Source: Squalus acanthias (taxonomy: Eukaryota). From it: DNA of 64,000 bases. The stretch is from positions 157,234,001 to 157,298,000 of the forward strand of contig CM059431.1 in NCBI GenBank assembly GCA_030390025.1, in the 5' to 3' direction. The translations under genes and the position numbers were made by a program. Below, in pieces: positions 62,840-64,000 of this stretch (its first letter is position 1; every line of letters begins with the position of its first letter). The notes below the pieces were generated by a model. The model saw only the letters and a program-made list of their open reading frames with translations, was not told the origin of the DNA and did not search any database.

Positions 62840-64000
62840 TATGTCTCCAGACGGAGAATCTTCTCTTTCTAAATCAAAGACTCAGATATTCAGCAATAAC
62901 ATTGGTAGACCTGATCTTATATATCTGTAACTGGACAAGACAGATCTTAAATAATATTTCAAGAAATTCACGCGTTTCATATTTTTACAATACCTGGTAT
63001 GATCCAGTATTGATTGGGCTCCATCACACTAAATTGAGGGCAATAGGAAGAAGGATAAAGCGTAGCATTACCCGTGCCACGTGTAAATGAAGACACACTG
63101 GAGTAATTAGCGGGCCAACGCGTGGTTAGTACTTAAGTGTACGGAATTCGGATATTTCGTTTCTTTATACAATGGGACACCGAAGCGGGGCGGGTGCTGT
63201 ACAGAACTGTTGGTCTGCAACTAAACAGATCATCGTGGCAGGGTAGATATAATGGAGGGGGGAATATTTCAACCAGATGCAGGGGCTGTTGTGGTAAGTG
63301 TCAGAGAAACCCCTTACTGATTATAGCATACCTTCATTTATGCCAGAGCATATATAAATTAACTTTTAATAACTCTAATACCAAAGTTGGGAGAACATGA
63401 ATATAAAATGTTAATAACGTAAATGCGAGACATAACAAAAAACAATAGAGCTTTGCTTGAAATAATGAAAAATGTTTCACAAGTAAGATCTGTGACCTGG
63501 AACTTTATTTTAGGGGATTATAGATTGGAAATGATTATCTTCACGCATACATGTTGGAATGATTCAAATCGCTCGATTAAATATCTGTAACAATAATTGT
63601 TTTGGATGTATTTATCGACAATGGCCTAGAGATTGGTTCTTGCTGGTTGTTGCGAACTGAGCAACGCGAGGAGTGTTTTATTGTGAATTTCTTACAGTGA
63701 GATGAAATTAAAACTTGCTGAAGTGAATGGGCTGCCAGTTTTACAACTCTCACGATTTTGGTTTCCATTGATTACAGTCGCTAGTAGTGTCGATTCACCA
63801 TCACCCATTTTACAACATCACCCAACGTCAAAGTTACCGCCGACACATCCGATATTGGGCCTCGGGCCTCGTTTACAGCAGACTGGGGCGGTGCAGAGAC
63901 CTGCTGAGCTTTAGCAGGAAACTGGCCAATGATCATGATTTTAAGATCGATGGTCTGAAATGGGCAACTGGGACAGTTCAGTGATTTCGCGAAGAAGGGC

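Larger units (their letters stand above)
55302..64000. repeat. Copy C: near-identical tandem duplicate of 47440-55303 (period about 7862 bp), continuing into upstream sequence
   Basis: ORFs repeat at +7862/7863; junction ...tttcgtttct(ta)actggtgggg with 2-bp microhomology. Confidence 0.95.

Noticed and set aside
1..64000. NACHT or LRR exons
   Set aside because: No long non-TE ORF, Walker A motif or LRR-type exon was seen; a heavily decayed copy could have been missed by eye

Overview
This is repeat-dense vertebrate DNA, almost certainly from a shark or ray (it has an HE1-type V-SINE with a CR1/HER1 tail, plus CR1, L2, Penelope, Harbinger-type MITEs and an ERV-like LTR element). Most ORFs in the supplied track are transposon remnants or antisense noise. 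Beneath the repeats is a minus-strand, multi-exon host gene amplified by nested duplication. It has three copies of an N-terminal exon trio (E1 with ATG, E2, E3; a low-complexity S/T/E-rich protein) and repeated two-exon modules (A = 161 bp, B = 199 bp). From recall, A+B resembles the CARD-like death-fold domain at the N-terminus of cartilaginous-fish NLRs. Both the E2+E3 and A+B modules start and end in intron phase 1, so they can be chained in frame. No NACHT or LRR exon is visible. Architecture: 1-19.6 kb is paralogous to 42.4-64 kb, 47440-55303 is tandemly repeated at 55302-63165, and 19.7-21.5 kb is a fold-back inverted copy of parts of 21.5-27.9 kb. Paralog comparison gives empty-site evidence for several insertions. 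Penelope-derived minimal hammerhead ribozyme motifs are present, including palindromic double-hammerhead inserts. All family assignments come from motif recognition and recall, not database searches.
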